Assembly: GCF_006345805.1 (NCBI RefSeq)
Contig: NW_021832405.1
Coordinates: forward strand, 1 to 62,135
Length of the DNA stretch: 62,135 nt
DNA from: Octopus sinensis
Lineage: Eukaryota
Reading direction: 5' to 3'
Positions within the stretch are counted from its first letter, which is position 1, and each line of letters begins with the position of its first letter. Below the pieces are notes generated by a model. That model saw only the letters and a program-made list of their open reading frames with translations, was not told the DNA's origin and ran no database searches. The position numbers and the translations under genes were made by a program. This document shows, piece by piece, positions 12,164 to 24,833 of the stretch.

Positions 12164-12676
12164 TTACATTTGAGGAACAACCGTGGCACAGCGTCGGTTC
12201 TGGCCGCGGTATGCAGCAGACAACTAGGCTGTCCTCTTCCTTAAGCATAATACACATTCGACTATAGCAAACTCAAGTATATAACGTAGCTGCCTTGTGC
12301 ATTGAGTAAAAATGTTGAGGCGATAGTGGTGGCTGATTTTGACTGCTTTGGTGATTGGCAGCAATGGGAGTTTGTGCAATAGGGGGGTGATGGAGGATGG
12401 CATTGTGTGAGGGCTAGATTCTTTTTTGTAGCTCTTTTGCCATAGTCATACATTATGGCTAAAAAAATTGAATACTTCTGTTTCGGGAACTGAAAATGTT
12501 TGTGGTTGTGGACTATGTATTGGTTATGGGGTCCCGTTTGTATTTTTATTTGTTTGTGTGACGAGTCCCCGGGAGATGGGTAACTGGGCAATCACTCTGT
12601 AGACATAATCCATCACGCTGGGAATAGCAGCAGATTTTAGGGTACTGTGTTACATGAGTGGTTTAAAAAAAAAATT

Positions 12677-13103
12677 GGAATCTTTTCGGTTTGAACGGCA
12701 GTTTTTTAAAATAATTTCCAATTAACTAAACACTTTTAAACTTCGTATACTGGTAGAATGTGTTTATAAAACATCTCTTTCTCTTGGCTTTACTGAAAAA
12801 ATTCTATAGTTTGTAAGATATTTGTTGTTTTTTATTCAATTTCTGCAATTTCAACTAATCAATGACGTCTATTGAGGTAAAAAAACATTCTGTGCTGTAT
12901 GAATATGTCCCTCGTTTGAGAAACAGATTGGGTTTATTTACATTTGTGAAGGAAAAAAGATACCCTACCCCCACCCCTAACCCTAACTAACCCTAACCCT
13001 AAAACAGATTGAAATGCAATAGATCGATACTAGGGTCATAATTATGGGTGACAATTTCATATGACACCGCTAGAAAAAACTGCCGTTCAAACCGAAAAGA
13101 TCC
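12677..13103 (-). mobile_element. Third copy of the GGGATC MITE, complete
   Basis: Both TIRs present; AAAATT at 12671-12676 and 13104-13109; CCCTAA tract at ~12975-13002. Confidence 0.88.
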
Positions 13104-13273
13104 AAAATTTGGTTTAGTATTTGGTGAGGGTGGTGGTGGTGGTAGTGACGTTGTTTTAGAATGTGCACTTTGGTGGTGGCTGCTGTTGTGAGTAGGAATT
13201 GAGCACCCAATCCCTGGTAAATGAATGCATTTGCAATCAGTGTCAGTGCACAACCTCTTGCGTAGTGAATAAC

Positions 13274-13454
13274 TGTTTCTTTATTACCCACAAGGGGCTA
13301 AACATAGAGGGGACAAACAAGAACAGACAAACGAATTAAGTCGATTACATCGACCCCAGTGCGTAACTGGTACTTAAGTTATCGACCCCGAAAGGATGAA
13401 AGGCAAAGTCGACATCGGCGGAATTAGAACTCAGAACGTAACGACAGACGATTA
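13274..13454 (-). mobile_element. SINE family B, 5'-truncated, with 13-bp TSD
   Basis: TSD CGTAGTGAATAAC at 13261-13273 and 13455-13467; body matches 23820-24043. Confidence 0.88.
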
Positions 13455-15179
13455 CGTAGTGAATAACGGCATATTTTGGGGTTTCGTGTGTAGGCTGTGA
13501 GAGGCATAGATTTAAATTTGTGTACATTTGTGTTTGGCAGATTCATTAAGGGGTCATCAAGAAAGCATTTAGTTGGTTGATCACAAATTGGGCTAATAAT
13601 AGGTTGAAGCTGTGTCTTTTGCTGTTTCTGTGGTGGTTGTTGTAGCTGTAATTGTGATTCTTGTTGCCGTATGTTTGCCGTTGTTGAAGATTTGATGGGT
13701 GGGTAACAAACTCCGATTGAATAGGCTGTGAACAGCTGGAATCTGAAAAAGTTGACCGTTTCGTTAAGTAGGTCATCAATTGTGGTTGAATTAAGGGGTG
13801 TTAGAGATTGAGGCTGAGTCAGTTGTTGTTTTTGCTGTGATGATTGTTGTTGTTTTTGCCGAGGTGGCTGTTGTTATTGTTGTTGCCGTGGTGATGGTTG
13901 TTGTTGTTGCTGTGATGGTTGTTATTGTTGTTACTGTAGTGATTGTTATTATTGTGGTGGTTGTTGTTGTTGCTGTTGAAAAGTATTTGTAAAGAAAGCA
14001 CGTTGGAGATTTTCAAAATGTCTGTTAATTAATTTAAATGCCACTTCAATTTGTTCAAGTTTGTTTTGAATCTGCTTCTCGGAGCGATTTCTTAAGACTG
14101 TACGTCTGGCTGTTAGGTGCCGGCATGATGTGTCTATGTTCTCTGTTCGCGCAAGACAGTACCATGAATTTATTAGGTCTATTTCATTCTCAGACCATTT
14201 TTGTTTAGATTTTTGTTGTTGAGTAGTTATCCTAGAGTTTTTTTAAAAAAGATATATTTGTTTGTTAATTATTGATTTACTCTTTGCATGAGTGTTTGGT
14301 TGTGAAGAAACGTATGCTGCAATAGTGAAGAATTAATGTAATTTGTATTTGTATTTGAGATAAAAATTTTTACGGATGCTTGAAGGCAAAATATGTATAT
14401 GATAGTGCAGAACATTTTGCATTGATGAGGGAATTTGTAGTTTAGAAAATACAGAGTACTTACATATTTCTGGGTAAAAATATATTTGTTGATGTTAATA
14501 TAGAAGACAGGGGTTGATTGATCACAGGTGGCTCTATATGGTTGACTTTCTCGGATATTAAAGTTTTAAACTTTTTAAAGATGATCGTTTGTGTGTTTCG
14601 GCCAGAGAAAACTGTGGAAATGCAAAATTTTAAACTTATTTTGAAAGAAATTTAGAATACTCATAGGAAATTATAGATATTCTAGTTTTTGAGCGTTGTT
14701 TTTCAGTTGTTCTGCTGGGTTGTATTAGGGTTTCGTCGGTTTGATCGTTATTTATTAAAGGATAATTTTAATTATGAGTGGCACATTCATAAAGAATTGT
14801 TAACAGGAGGTGTCTACAAATATTGGTCAGATCAAATTCATTCTAGATGGATTGAAAAGCTTGTATGGTGTTAAGAAGACTTCCTGTTTTACTGACACAT
14901 TATATCAAACGTATTTTATCATAAGTATTGCAAAAACGATTCTGAAGTAGACAGTTATTTTTAGCCATTCACAACCGCTGTTTTGACAACGGAGGGAAAA
15001 ACATACTTTAAAGTACTGTGACTGTATAAATTACCGCTTAATGTGCAGTGACTATATTTACTACTACTGTTTAAAGTACAGTGACCAGATTTGAGCGTAT
15101 TAGAGAATGCATTTGAAGTTTCTATTCACATAGATAATCCACATTTGGCTTGAGGTGTCTACTTTGGGCGTGGTTGATG

Positions 15180-15300
15180 ATTATTGGGAGAGGGTTAGCC
15201 AGGAGTAAAGGGTGAATCATCAGCATATCCATAGGCATTGTTGGAAGTGGTGGAAAGGAGAGCCGGGTTGTAAAATGAAGAGTTGATGCACAACAGAATT
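15180..15300 (-). mobile_element. Possible tiny CR1-type RT remnant
   Basis: Translation LLCINSSFYNPALLSTTSNNAYGYADDS resembles the RT YADD region; short and unsupported on either side. Confidence 0.3.
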
Positions 15301-15401
15301 CTAAAAAAAAAATTGTTTAAGTTTTACCGATAATGGTTCATTTAACATGCCGAACTACTTGGTAAAATTATTAATTATTAATTAATTAATTGATTTTACC
15401 C

Positions 15402-15464
<63 letters not shown>

Positions 15465-15491
15465 TATATTATATATATATATATATATAAA

Positions 15492-15716
15492 TGTGTGTGT
15501 GTGTCTTTGCGCCTGTATTTGTCCCCCCTCCATCGCTTGGCAACCGATGTTGGTGTGTTTACGTCTCCGTAACCTATCAGTTCTGCGAAAGAGACCGATA
15601 AAATAAGTATAAGACTTACAAAGAATAAGTCCCGGGGTCGATTTCGTCTACTAAAAGACGATGCTCCAGCATTGCCGCAATCAAATGACTGAAACAAGTA
15701 AAAGAATAAAAGAATA
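15492..15716 (+). mobile_element. SINE family A, 3' half
   Basis: Matches the post-microsatellite half of the full copies. Confidence 0.85.
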
Positions 15717-16352
15717 CACAAATGTACATATATTCGCATATCCTCACACACATATTCATATTCAGGCGCACACGCTTATACATATAGAATGCATACATTC
15801 CTCTGTAAGTGTGAACGGGACCATTTGTTACCAAGGATATAGCACAATTAAATGAATCGACTCAATTTTACCATTCTCTTCTTTCCTCCACCTCTTCTAC
15901 TGCGTATATAAGCTCAGAATATTCTAGATATAATTCCATGTTCGCAGTTGATTATTCATTGCCAACTTTACGTTGCCGAAGAAAAGTGTTTTGTTTGGTT
16001 TCTTTGAAGCAAAACACTTATTATCATCTTTTCGGAATCTATTTTTCACACATTTCCACCCCCCGCTCAGATCTCCGGATATCTTGAATAAATATAACAT
16101 CTGAAATAAGTGTGATGATATAATATACTACACACATTCTGACGCAAAAAACCCCAACCTCATGTGATATTTTTCAATGTGCACACATTTATACACACGC
16201 ACATATATACATACACCCTCATATGTACGTATGCATAGATGTTTATCTATGAATATATACATAAACACGCATATGTACGTATGCATGTATGTTTATGCAT
16301 GCATTTTTATGTATACATACGTATATATATGTACATATTATTTGTATATATA

Positions 16353-16758
16353 GGCGCAGGAGTGGCTGTGTGGTAAGTAGCTTACTTACCAACCACATGG
16401 TTCCGGGTTCATTCCCACTGCGTAGCACCTTGGGCAAGTGTCTTCTACTATAGCCTCGGGCCGACCAAAGCCTTGTGAGTGGATTTGGTAGACGGAAACT
16501 GAAAGAAGCCCGTCGTGTATATGTATGTATATATGTATATGTGTGTATGTGTTTGTATTTGTCCCCCCCCCAACATCGCTTGACAACCGATGGTGGTGTG
16601 TTTACGTCCCCGTAACTTAGCGGTTCGGCAAAAGAAACCGATAGAATAAGTACTAGGCTTACAAAGAATAAGTCCTGCGGTCGATTTTCTCGAGTAAAGG
16701 CGGTGCTCCAGCATGGCCGCAGTCAAATAACTGAAACAAGTAAAAGAGTAAAAGAGTA
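16353..16758 (+). mobile_element. SINE family A, full length
   Basis: Head, short internal microsatellite and AAGAGT tail. Confidence 0.9.
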
Positions 16759-17022
16759 TGTATAACATATATACATATTCATATATTTATCTTATGTAAA
16801 CACATGTGCACGCGCGTTTATGTGTTTGTAATATTTTCGAAATATCACGTAATATTTTTTTCAACTTTGGGAGCTACTGATTAATGCATTATATTTTGCA
16901 AGGATATTCAATACAGTAAGCCATGTTGATATAGAAAGTCATTGATCTTTGTTAAGGACTTGTCCTGGGCTATAAATGACAACCTCCATTTGAACAAATG
17001 GGCATACCTTTAGACGAGTTAA

Positions 17023-17241
17023 CCCTTTTGATACCAACCCGCCTGAAACCGCCTCTGGCTCTGTAATACAAATGTCTTGTTTTCAAAAGATCTGAATGAA
17101 AATCTTCCACCAAATCTTAGTCACAATTTGTTTCTAACACTAGCTTAATGATGACTACATTATTTTAATAATTCTTTGTTATATTCAAAATTAATTGAAA
17201 GAAACAGAGAGTATCTCAACAAAAATATGGTAAGGAAAGGG
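17023..17241. mobile_element. piggyBac-type MITE
   Basis: TTAA|CCCTTTTGATACCA ... TGGTAAGGAAAGGG|TTAA: TTAA TSDs at 17019-17022 and 17242-17245, CCC/GGG ends, ~14-bp imperfect TIRs. Confidence 0.8.
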
Positions 17242-19180
17242 TTAAGGGAGGACATTCTTCAGATATTGAAATCTTTCAACTTCAAAATTACTATACTTTC
17301 TAACATGAAATATTTCTTCTTACGAAATACTTCTCTATTAACCCAACCCCGCCATCAAAAGACTTTCTCAGAAAGTAAACAAAGGATTTCCTTGTTTGTG
17401 ACAACAACTGATGCTCTTGGCCTATCCTGATGGAAACCGCATTATTTCCTAAGTGGGTTGAAACTGAGAGTAAATATCTTTCCGCAGTACGTAGTCGAGG
17501 TGCCGCGCCATGGAACTGAACCTGAAGCAACGAGGCTGCAAGGTGAACTTCTCAATCACACACCTATGCCTCCCACCACATGCATATTGTCCTTTTTCTG
17601 GTTTCCGTTGGTGTGGCCATGATGTGGCACTTTCTCGGATATAGTCAGTTACATCACCCCGGTTGGTATTTTTATCGACTTGTACATAGTATAGAACGAA
17701 AAAATGAAAGAATGAAAGTAAAAGTGGATTTAGTCAGGATTTGAACTCAGAAGATAAAGGGTCGTACTTAAATGCCTCATGGCTATTTTGTCCAAAACTC
17801 TGCCAATTCTAACATTCACTTCCGAAGGTGAAACTTCTTTTTTCTGCTGCTGAGAGTTACACTTTACCATTCATCACTGCAGCTAGTATTAAATATAAAA
17901 TGTCATGTTATAAACACTTCAGAATAAATGAACATGATAACGATTGAACACGAGAAATAGTATAACGCTGGTTACACCCAATATCTTTTGTATACTAGCA
18001 CTTTCGTTAGGTTCTTAATTATTTTGTTTTGCTTCTTTGCTCTGCTTTTTACGTGATTTACCTTAGTATTATATGCCTGCATAACATCAGATGTTAATGT
18101 CTGGATTTAGTCAATTCCTGTGTAATTTTTTTCCCGTGTTAATTCTGGCTACAGAAAGGGTGCGGAATTCGGTGCAGCTATAAATATCCTTTAGTTTTTG
18201 TTAGCAATTTTGTGCATGGCTGGGTTGAGACACTTAGTTCTTCTTTTGGGATCAAATTTTCATATATTGTCAATCATACATTAAGCGAATGAGGCTTTCC
18301 TGTAATACGACACTTCCCTTTGCAAACGTATACTGACATACCGGATATCTTATATCCAGTTAAGTGCAAACTGTTAACAGAAGAAATAAAATTTGCTCTA
18401 AGATTTAAGTTCATAGAAAATTCAATACATAATTGTCATGCAACTTACTACTACAGCAATAATACTTGACTGAGGCATATGGAAATGTCTAAACAATAAT
18501 GGATGCTGCCATTAAAACATTACTACACAAAGGAAGAAACAGTCACGTTTCGTCCAATTCCTTTTACTAACGACTAATGTGTTTAGTATTAGCGGAAGCA
18601 GGTCTATGATACTCTAGAATGTCTGTGAATTAAATTAATATTTTTTGCTGCAGGCATCTTGATTGTCATTAAAACTGAATAAACTTACTCTTAGACAAGA
18701 CTTTGTCAATTTATCACGACGATTTCTTAATTCATCACGACTTTAATACTTTATGCTACGCAGATATACCATAAACATATAGAAATACATATGTACAAAG
18801 ATTCATACATATAACACACAGAAGCACATAAAATTTTCTCGTTCTATCCCTCCCTCTTTCCCTCTTACTCTTTCTCTCTTACACCTACATATAATACAAT
18901 GTATTTTATGTATATGAGCATTTATATTTGTGTGTGTGTGTATGCATGGATGTGTGTAAATATACATGCACAAATGCGCCAACACAAATATATATGTATA
19001 CATACGAAGATTTGTTTATCTATATGTATAATACATGTATATTTATATAGTTTGTATGCAATCCAATTCTGCGCATGCGCGCTGAAACTTCCACAGTAGC
19101 GTCACTACATATGTATGCATGTATGTATGTATGTATGTATGTATGTATGTATGTATGCATATATGTATGTATGTATATAC

Positions 19181-19295
<115 letters not shown>

Positions 19296-20083
19296 AGTAT
19301 ATTTAACGTCTAAAACTGTATCTAGAATTTGGGCTCACAAATTTTCAACGGATTGCTGGATAAGTGTTAAAAGAAAAGAGAAAATGGGGTTTTATCACAC
19401 AACATACAGTGTCACCGATGTTCTGCAAACCTGAGAAGACGTAGCAAATGTAATATATTGTGTGTTAAAGTCGATTAAAGTCGATGTTAACTCTCTGTGT
19501 CTATTCATTATTGGCGCGGAGATGATCTTTTGCTGTGATATTTTGGAGTTAAACAAAAATAGTACCATTTTGAAATATTATTGTCTGAATTGTCACTATT
19601 TACAATAAACTAGCTAACGTCAGTAAACTCATTCTTGTTTCTTTTGTTAAATCTCCTTCGAAAGCGAAGTTACAAAGGCTCTGTCGGTAAGCATCGACCA
19701 TATAACGGTTGGAACTGCTGGTGTCGCCCCAGACATGGTCGACCCAGACATGGAAGACTGGAAGTTACCTATGTTCGCAAGTTTCCCCTCATTCTTATGT
19801 TGGGAAAGGCGGTCGACTTAGAGCATACACAACCTGACTCTATTCTCGTCGTTGGTATTACTGCCAGAACGCAAAGGACAGAAGCAGACACCGCAAAGCA
19901 CTCTGGCATTAACTTTTCCGCTAATCCCCCATCCTGGATTTTCACTTTTTATGGATCACAAAAAAAGTGAATGGTAAAGTTATCCTTAGCGTGATTTGAA
20001 CTCATAAAGTCAGAGAAAACATCACGAAAAATCCTATAAAATAAAATACACACAACACGCTATATGGTGAATGCTTTCACTAC

Positions 20084-20190
<107 letters not shown>

Positions 20191-21015
20191 GTCTGTCTAT
20201 CTATCTATCTATCTATCTACATATATGTGATTGGAATTTAGTTATGAAGGCTGTTTCTTATCTGCACATGTGCCTATATGTTCACTGACTCCTATTTTTT
20301 ATATCTATGCATTCCAATTTGCAATCTATGCTGGATCAATTGTTATAAGGAGCCTCCCGTGTGACCTATGTAATTTTCTTCACATAAAACCTGCATATCC
20401 AAATTCCAACCACATATAAAATACTTGTGGTAGATAACGGGAGATAACTACCGCAGACATCACTGCAGCCTTTGCTAAAGTTACAACTACTACTTGTTAC
20501 ACTGACAGCTGATACAAACCACTGATATACGTGTGCTACTGCTGCTGCTATTATCACCTAGCAACACTCAGACGAAAAAATAGGCCACTGTGATTTTAGT
20601 AAGAAAATATGTGAATTTCCAGAAACGACATCATGAAAGATTAATTTAATTTAACTTATTTTAATTTATTTTTCATTGCCTGAATAAATAGTCTTTTTAC
20701 TGCAGTTGAAACTGGTAGTTTAAATTAATAAAAATCTAAATACTTTCTTACTTTTATCCATGATAAAGCTCTGGAAGCATTTTAATTTTTATTTTTAAAA
20801 GACACACACACACATACTCGTACACACATACATACACATACACGCATACCGATATACATACATGTGTGTGCATGCATATATATATACACATACATACTTA
20901 CACATACATACGTACACATACATATATGCGTTCATACATATAGGCACTCACACATGCATATTATATTTGTACGTGATGCATATGCGTGTTTTACATACAC
21001 ATATACATATATACG

Positions 21016-21020
<5 letters not shown>

Positions 21021-21070
<50 letters not shown>

Positions 21071-21095
21071 TAATAATAATAACAATAACAATAAC

Positions 21096-21135
<40 letters not shown>

Positions 21136-21170
21136 TAATAATAATAATAATAAAATAATAATAATAATAA
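21021..21170. repeat. (AAT)n microsatellite
   Basis: Directly visible. Confidence 0.95.
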
Positions 21171-21588
21171 ATATTCCTATATGCATCTAAGACATTTAAC
21201 ATCAATAAATTCTGACCATATATATGGAAGAGGAAATTTGTATGTTTTCCACAAACTATTACGTCTGTCACGCTTCGATAACTTTATACCTCCATATTCT
21301 TCACTCTTCATAAATTTTCAAAGAGTTTGGTTTAATTAGAAACAGCTTGAATGACAAACATAAGGAAATGAAGGGAAAAGGAATGGAAGTTCAGTAAATA
21401 TTAACAAAATAACAACAAATAATAAAATAAAGCCTCTTTCATATTAAATTGTGTACTACAAGTTTTCTATTAACAAATTTTAATCTAATAAGACATATTA
21501 TACCGTAAATATATAGCTATCTAAAAGTTATATGCATACATATATATGTATAAACATATAAATTATATAAAAAAAAAATTATATATAC

Positions 21589-21837
21589 CTTTACTTGTTT
21601 CAGTAATTTGATTGCGGCCATGCTGGGGCACCACCTTTAGTAGACCAAATCGACCACAGGACTTATTTTGCCCAACTGCTAAGTTAGAGGGATGTAAACA
21701 CACCAGCATTGGTTGTCAAGCGATGTTGGTCGGACAAATACAGACACAGACACAGACACACACACACACATATGGACTGAACCCGGAACCATGTGGTTGG
21801 TAAGCAAGCTACTTACCGCGCACCCATTCCTGTGCCT
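21589..21837 (-). mobile_element. SINE family A, internally deleted
   Basis: Both SINE A ends are present on the minus strand; the ~100-bp segment between box B and the microsatellite is missing. Confidence 0.8.
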
Positions 21838-21838
21838 A

Positions 21839-21910
<72 letters not shown>

Positions 21911-21945
21911 TTCATTAATATATACCATTCTCATTTTCCCCATTT

Positions 21946-22001
21946 GTCTCTGATGACAAAATATCCCCTACTCGGGGATATTCCAGAAACAGCTGTAAGA
22001 C
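21946..22001 (+). ncRNA. Type I hammerhead ribozyme-like motif with palindromic stem III (Penelope/retrozyme type)
   Basis: GTCT-CTGATGA-caa-AATATCCCC-tactc-GGGGATATT-cca-GAAA-CAGCTG-TA-AGAC. Stem I is GTCT/AGAC, stem II is 9 bp, the cleavage triplet is GUA; the base of stem II is mispaired. Confidence 0.7.
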
Positions 22002-22084
22002 TTTGAAATTTATCCAATAATAATAATGTATACGACTTGAGATGTGTTACCTGCAGTCACTTTTATTTTCTCTCACTGAGTTAT

Positions 22085-22172
22085 GCATCGTGTATTTGGT
22101 GGCTTCATCTACACTTCGTCTCTGATCTGTTGGTCGGACAAACACAGACACACAAACACAGACAGACAGACA

Positions 22173-22248
<76 letters not shown>

Positions 22249-22277
22249 TATGGACTGAACCCGGAACCATGTGGTTG
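22085..22277 (-). mobile_element. SINE family A fragment sharing the deletion junction of the 21589-21837 copy
   Basis: GTCGGACAAA.ACAGACAC...CATATGGACTGAACCCGGAACCATGTGGTTG occurs in both copies. Confidence 0.75.
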
Positions 22278-22279
22278 CT

Positions 22280-24215
22280 GAACCTTCCACTTCGAGCTGC
22301 TGTAGTGCCACGCTTGGGTGTCTCGATTCGTACTGGAAGACAGCTCTTTGTGGAAATGACTTCCAAGCTTGTCCTACACTAGGCAATATATTGTACCAAA
22401 AGAACTTCCGCAGTAGAGGAGAATCGCCCCATCTCACCTATGGTATTGTGTGATGGTGTTGTTTCACAATGCCATTTCTACTGAGCCAGTATGCAGCTCT
22501 GAAGAAACGACTGATATTCCATCTTTCATGCATCTTCAGTTGCTTCGAACGAAATGCTGTGCTGTTATCCATCAATAACTCATCTACTAGTTCTCTTTCT
22601 AGGAATATCGTTTTCTGTACTTCGGCAATTTTGGCCGCAGTCTCTGTCCTGATTTTCCCCCATATTGCTCTTTGCCCTGGTCCACAGTCAACCATTAAAG
22701 TTACAAGCTTCCCCGATGGTGCGTCACGTCTATCGCTAGTCTTGTCCAGTCTTCCTCTACTCGAATCTTTTCTGTTTCATGCGTACCCGGTGCGGGGTCG
22801 ATGGGCTGACACCCGTCACAGCTCCCAACAACTTTCCGAACACTCTTCCTTTATCATTTCCTCTTTTATGATCTGCCTCTTTTATGTAGATCTGCCTCTT
22901 TTATGCCTCTTTTATGTAGATCTTCTGATTGATAATTACTGATGTCACCACTTCCGTGCCGTCGCTGAATCAGTCCGAATATTGACAGCATGTAGTCTCC
23001 ATCTCAGCGCTAAGTTCACATCTTTCACCAAAGCGTCCACTTCAGTTACATTGATGTAGTTGTGATTATCCTTCTTTCAGAGCTATGCCGCGTCCTCCAT
23101 CTCAACACCTCCCGTTTCTAGAATGACTCCTATTGCTATGCTATTTGTGTCACAATATACGATCCACTTCACTGGATCTCCCGCTCTCTCACTGTTCTTC
23201 ACTGGATCTCCCGCTCTCTCTTTCTCCCCCTCTCTCCAAGACGTCTTGCATCACCTCTCCCTCTTTGTCACCCAGTTCACTCCTTCAGCTCGCCTCTTGA
23301 TATAGCTGCATGCTGTCCGAAGCCATCCTGCCACAGGATAGTGTCATACCTGCTTCCCATACATTAAGAATAGTTCTCGCCAATTCATATCCTCGCAGAA
23401 GTCTGGGATCTCATTTCCTCTCCGCGCTTGAGCCCCAGTGCATCTATAGCATCCGGTGGTTTCGCCGTCTGTCCGAACTTCCTCGATGATCCACAATTTC
23501 CTCCGCCGATGTCACACTCTCATTTATTGGGATGTCAGGAACAAGTATCCTGCTCCACCTTGGTCTCTTCTCTCAAGATCATATTGGGAACCTTTACCGT
23601 GAATTTTAGTGCTCGACTTAAATAGAACCCGTCCGTGTCAGACAGTACGTTCTTCCCGTGTACCTCACTAACTGGTACCTTCACATTTTCTGAGACACGT
23701 GAAGCTGTAGATATGCCTACTTGACGTCAACGATGTTAGACACCCCTGTCATTCGTCTCCACCCCGGCAAAGTTTCCCTTATGTACATCAGCCGCTTCAG
23801 CGCCCATATGGCAGGACTCGAGCTGGCAGAAACGTTAGCACGCCGGGCGAAATGCGTAGCCGTATTTCGTCTGTCGCTACGTTCTGAGTTCAAATTTCGC
23901 CGAGGTCGACTTTGCCTTTTATCCCTTCGGGGTCAATTAAATAAGTACCAGTTACGCACTGGGGTCGATATAATCGACTTAATCCGTTTGTCTGTCCTTG
24001 TTTGTCCTCACTGTGTTAAGCCCCTTGTGAGTAGTAAAGAATTAGGACTCGTACTCGTTCAGTTCATGAAAGTCCAGCATTGATCGAACTTTATTCTTTG
24101 TGGGCTGTATTACAGCCATCATCGGCAGCAGAACGCTCGTCACTCCCTCTTTTTAAGGTATCAAAATATCTCTTGCCACCTGTTCACCTCTCTCGAATCT
24201 AACCTATCCATTCAG
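22280..24215 (-). mobile_element. Ty3/Gypsy LTR-retrotransposon pol remnant (RT-RNaseH-integrase), heavily frameshifted and interrupted by a SINE
   Basis: Manual translation. RT: LLPMMAVIQPTKNKVRSMLDFHELN, AYLQLHVS, RYQLVRYTGRTYCLTR, YPVAGWLRTACSYIKR. RNase H: WIVYCDTNSIAIGVILE..INVTEVDALVK..IRTDSAT. Integrase: CDGCQPIDPAP, RLAIDVTH, ELLMDNSTAFRS..WNISRFFRAAY..NGIV. The RT-RH-IN order is Gypsy-like. Confidence 0.85.
23820..24043 (+). mobile_element. SINE family B, full length, inserted in the Gypsy RT
   Basis: tRNA-like head with boxes A/B; TSD AGGACTC at 23813-23819 and 24044-24050. Confidence 0.9.
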
Positions 24216-24534
24216 AGTGTGCTTGTAGCAAACATTTGAAAAGCTCGAGATTCTATCTCACCCCAGTTGATTTAAAAGGGGATGATGGAAGCGGAGATAT
24301 TACTATCTGGCAAATTTGATGATAAAATTAGGGTAGTACAAGTGGTGGAACTAGTACATATAAAAGACCAGTACTTAATTCTGCCTGGTTGCAATCGACA
24401 GAAGGGAACAGGCGGAAGTGGAAAGGAGAAACTGGCAGAATTTGAGGGAAGCCATGTATTTTAGGACATGCCACTGCATAAATGGCAGTTCTTCTTCCGT
24501 TGTGGGTGACTTTACATGTATTATATTGTGTATG

Positions 24535-24833
24535 TGGAGGCATATGGCCTAGTGGTTAGAGCAGCGGACTCGCGACCGAGGGATCGCTGGTTCGAATCTC
24601 AGACCGGGCGATGTGTGTGTTTATTAGCGAAACACCTAAGCCCCACGCGGCTCAGGCAGAAGGTAATGGCGATCTTCTGCTGACTCTTTCACCACAACTT
24701 TCTCTCACTCTTTCCTCCTGCATCTTGCAGCTCACCTGCGACGGACCGGCGTCCCGTCCAGGTGGGGAACTTATACGCCAAGGAAACCGGGAAACCGGCC
24801 CTTATGAGCCAGGCGTGGCTCAAGAAGGAACAA
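24535..24833 (+). mobile_element. SINE family D (tRNA-like head, tail shared with family C)
   Basis: TGGCCTAGTGG (box A), GGTTCGAATCT (box B); 12-bp TSD ATATTGTGTATG at 24523-24534 and 24834-24845. Confidence 0.85.

Larger units (their letters stand above)
12300..14520 (-). pseudogene. Decayed coding region with a SANT/Myb-like motif, polyQ/P linker and repeated CCCH-like motifs, interrupted by a SINE and a MITE
   Basis: One frame from ~14500 to ~13105 with scattered stops: YPEICKYS...KWSENEIDLINSW...RSEKQIQNKLEQI...polyQ...PKICRYSLRKRLCTDTDCKCIHLPG (joined across the SINE TSD). After the MITE and a 1-nt shift: YPKICCYSQRDGLCLQSDCPVTHLPG. Confidence 0.55.

Noticed and set aside
19635-19970. 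111-aa ORF and possible small exons in a more complex block
   Set aside because: No recognisable domain; the best minus-strand acceptor/donor pair gives stops in all three frames.
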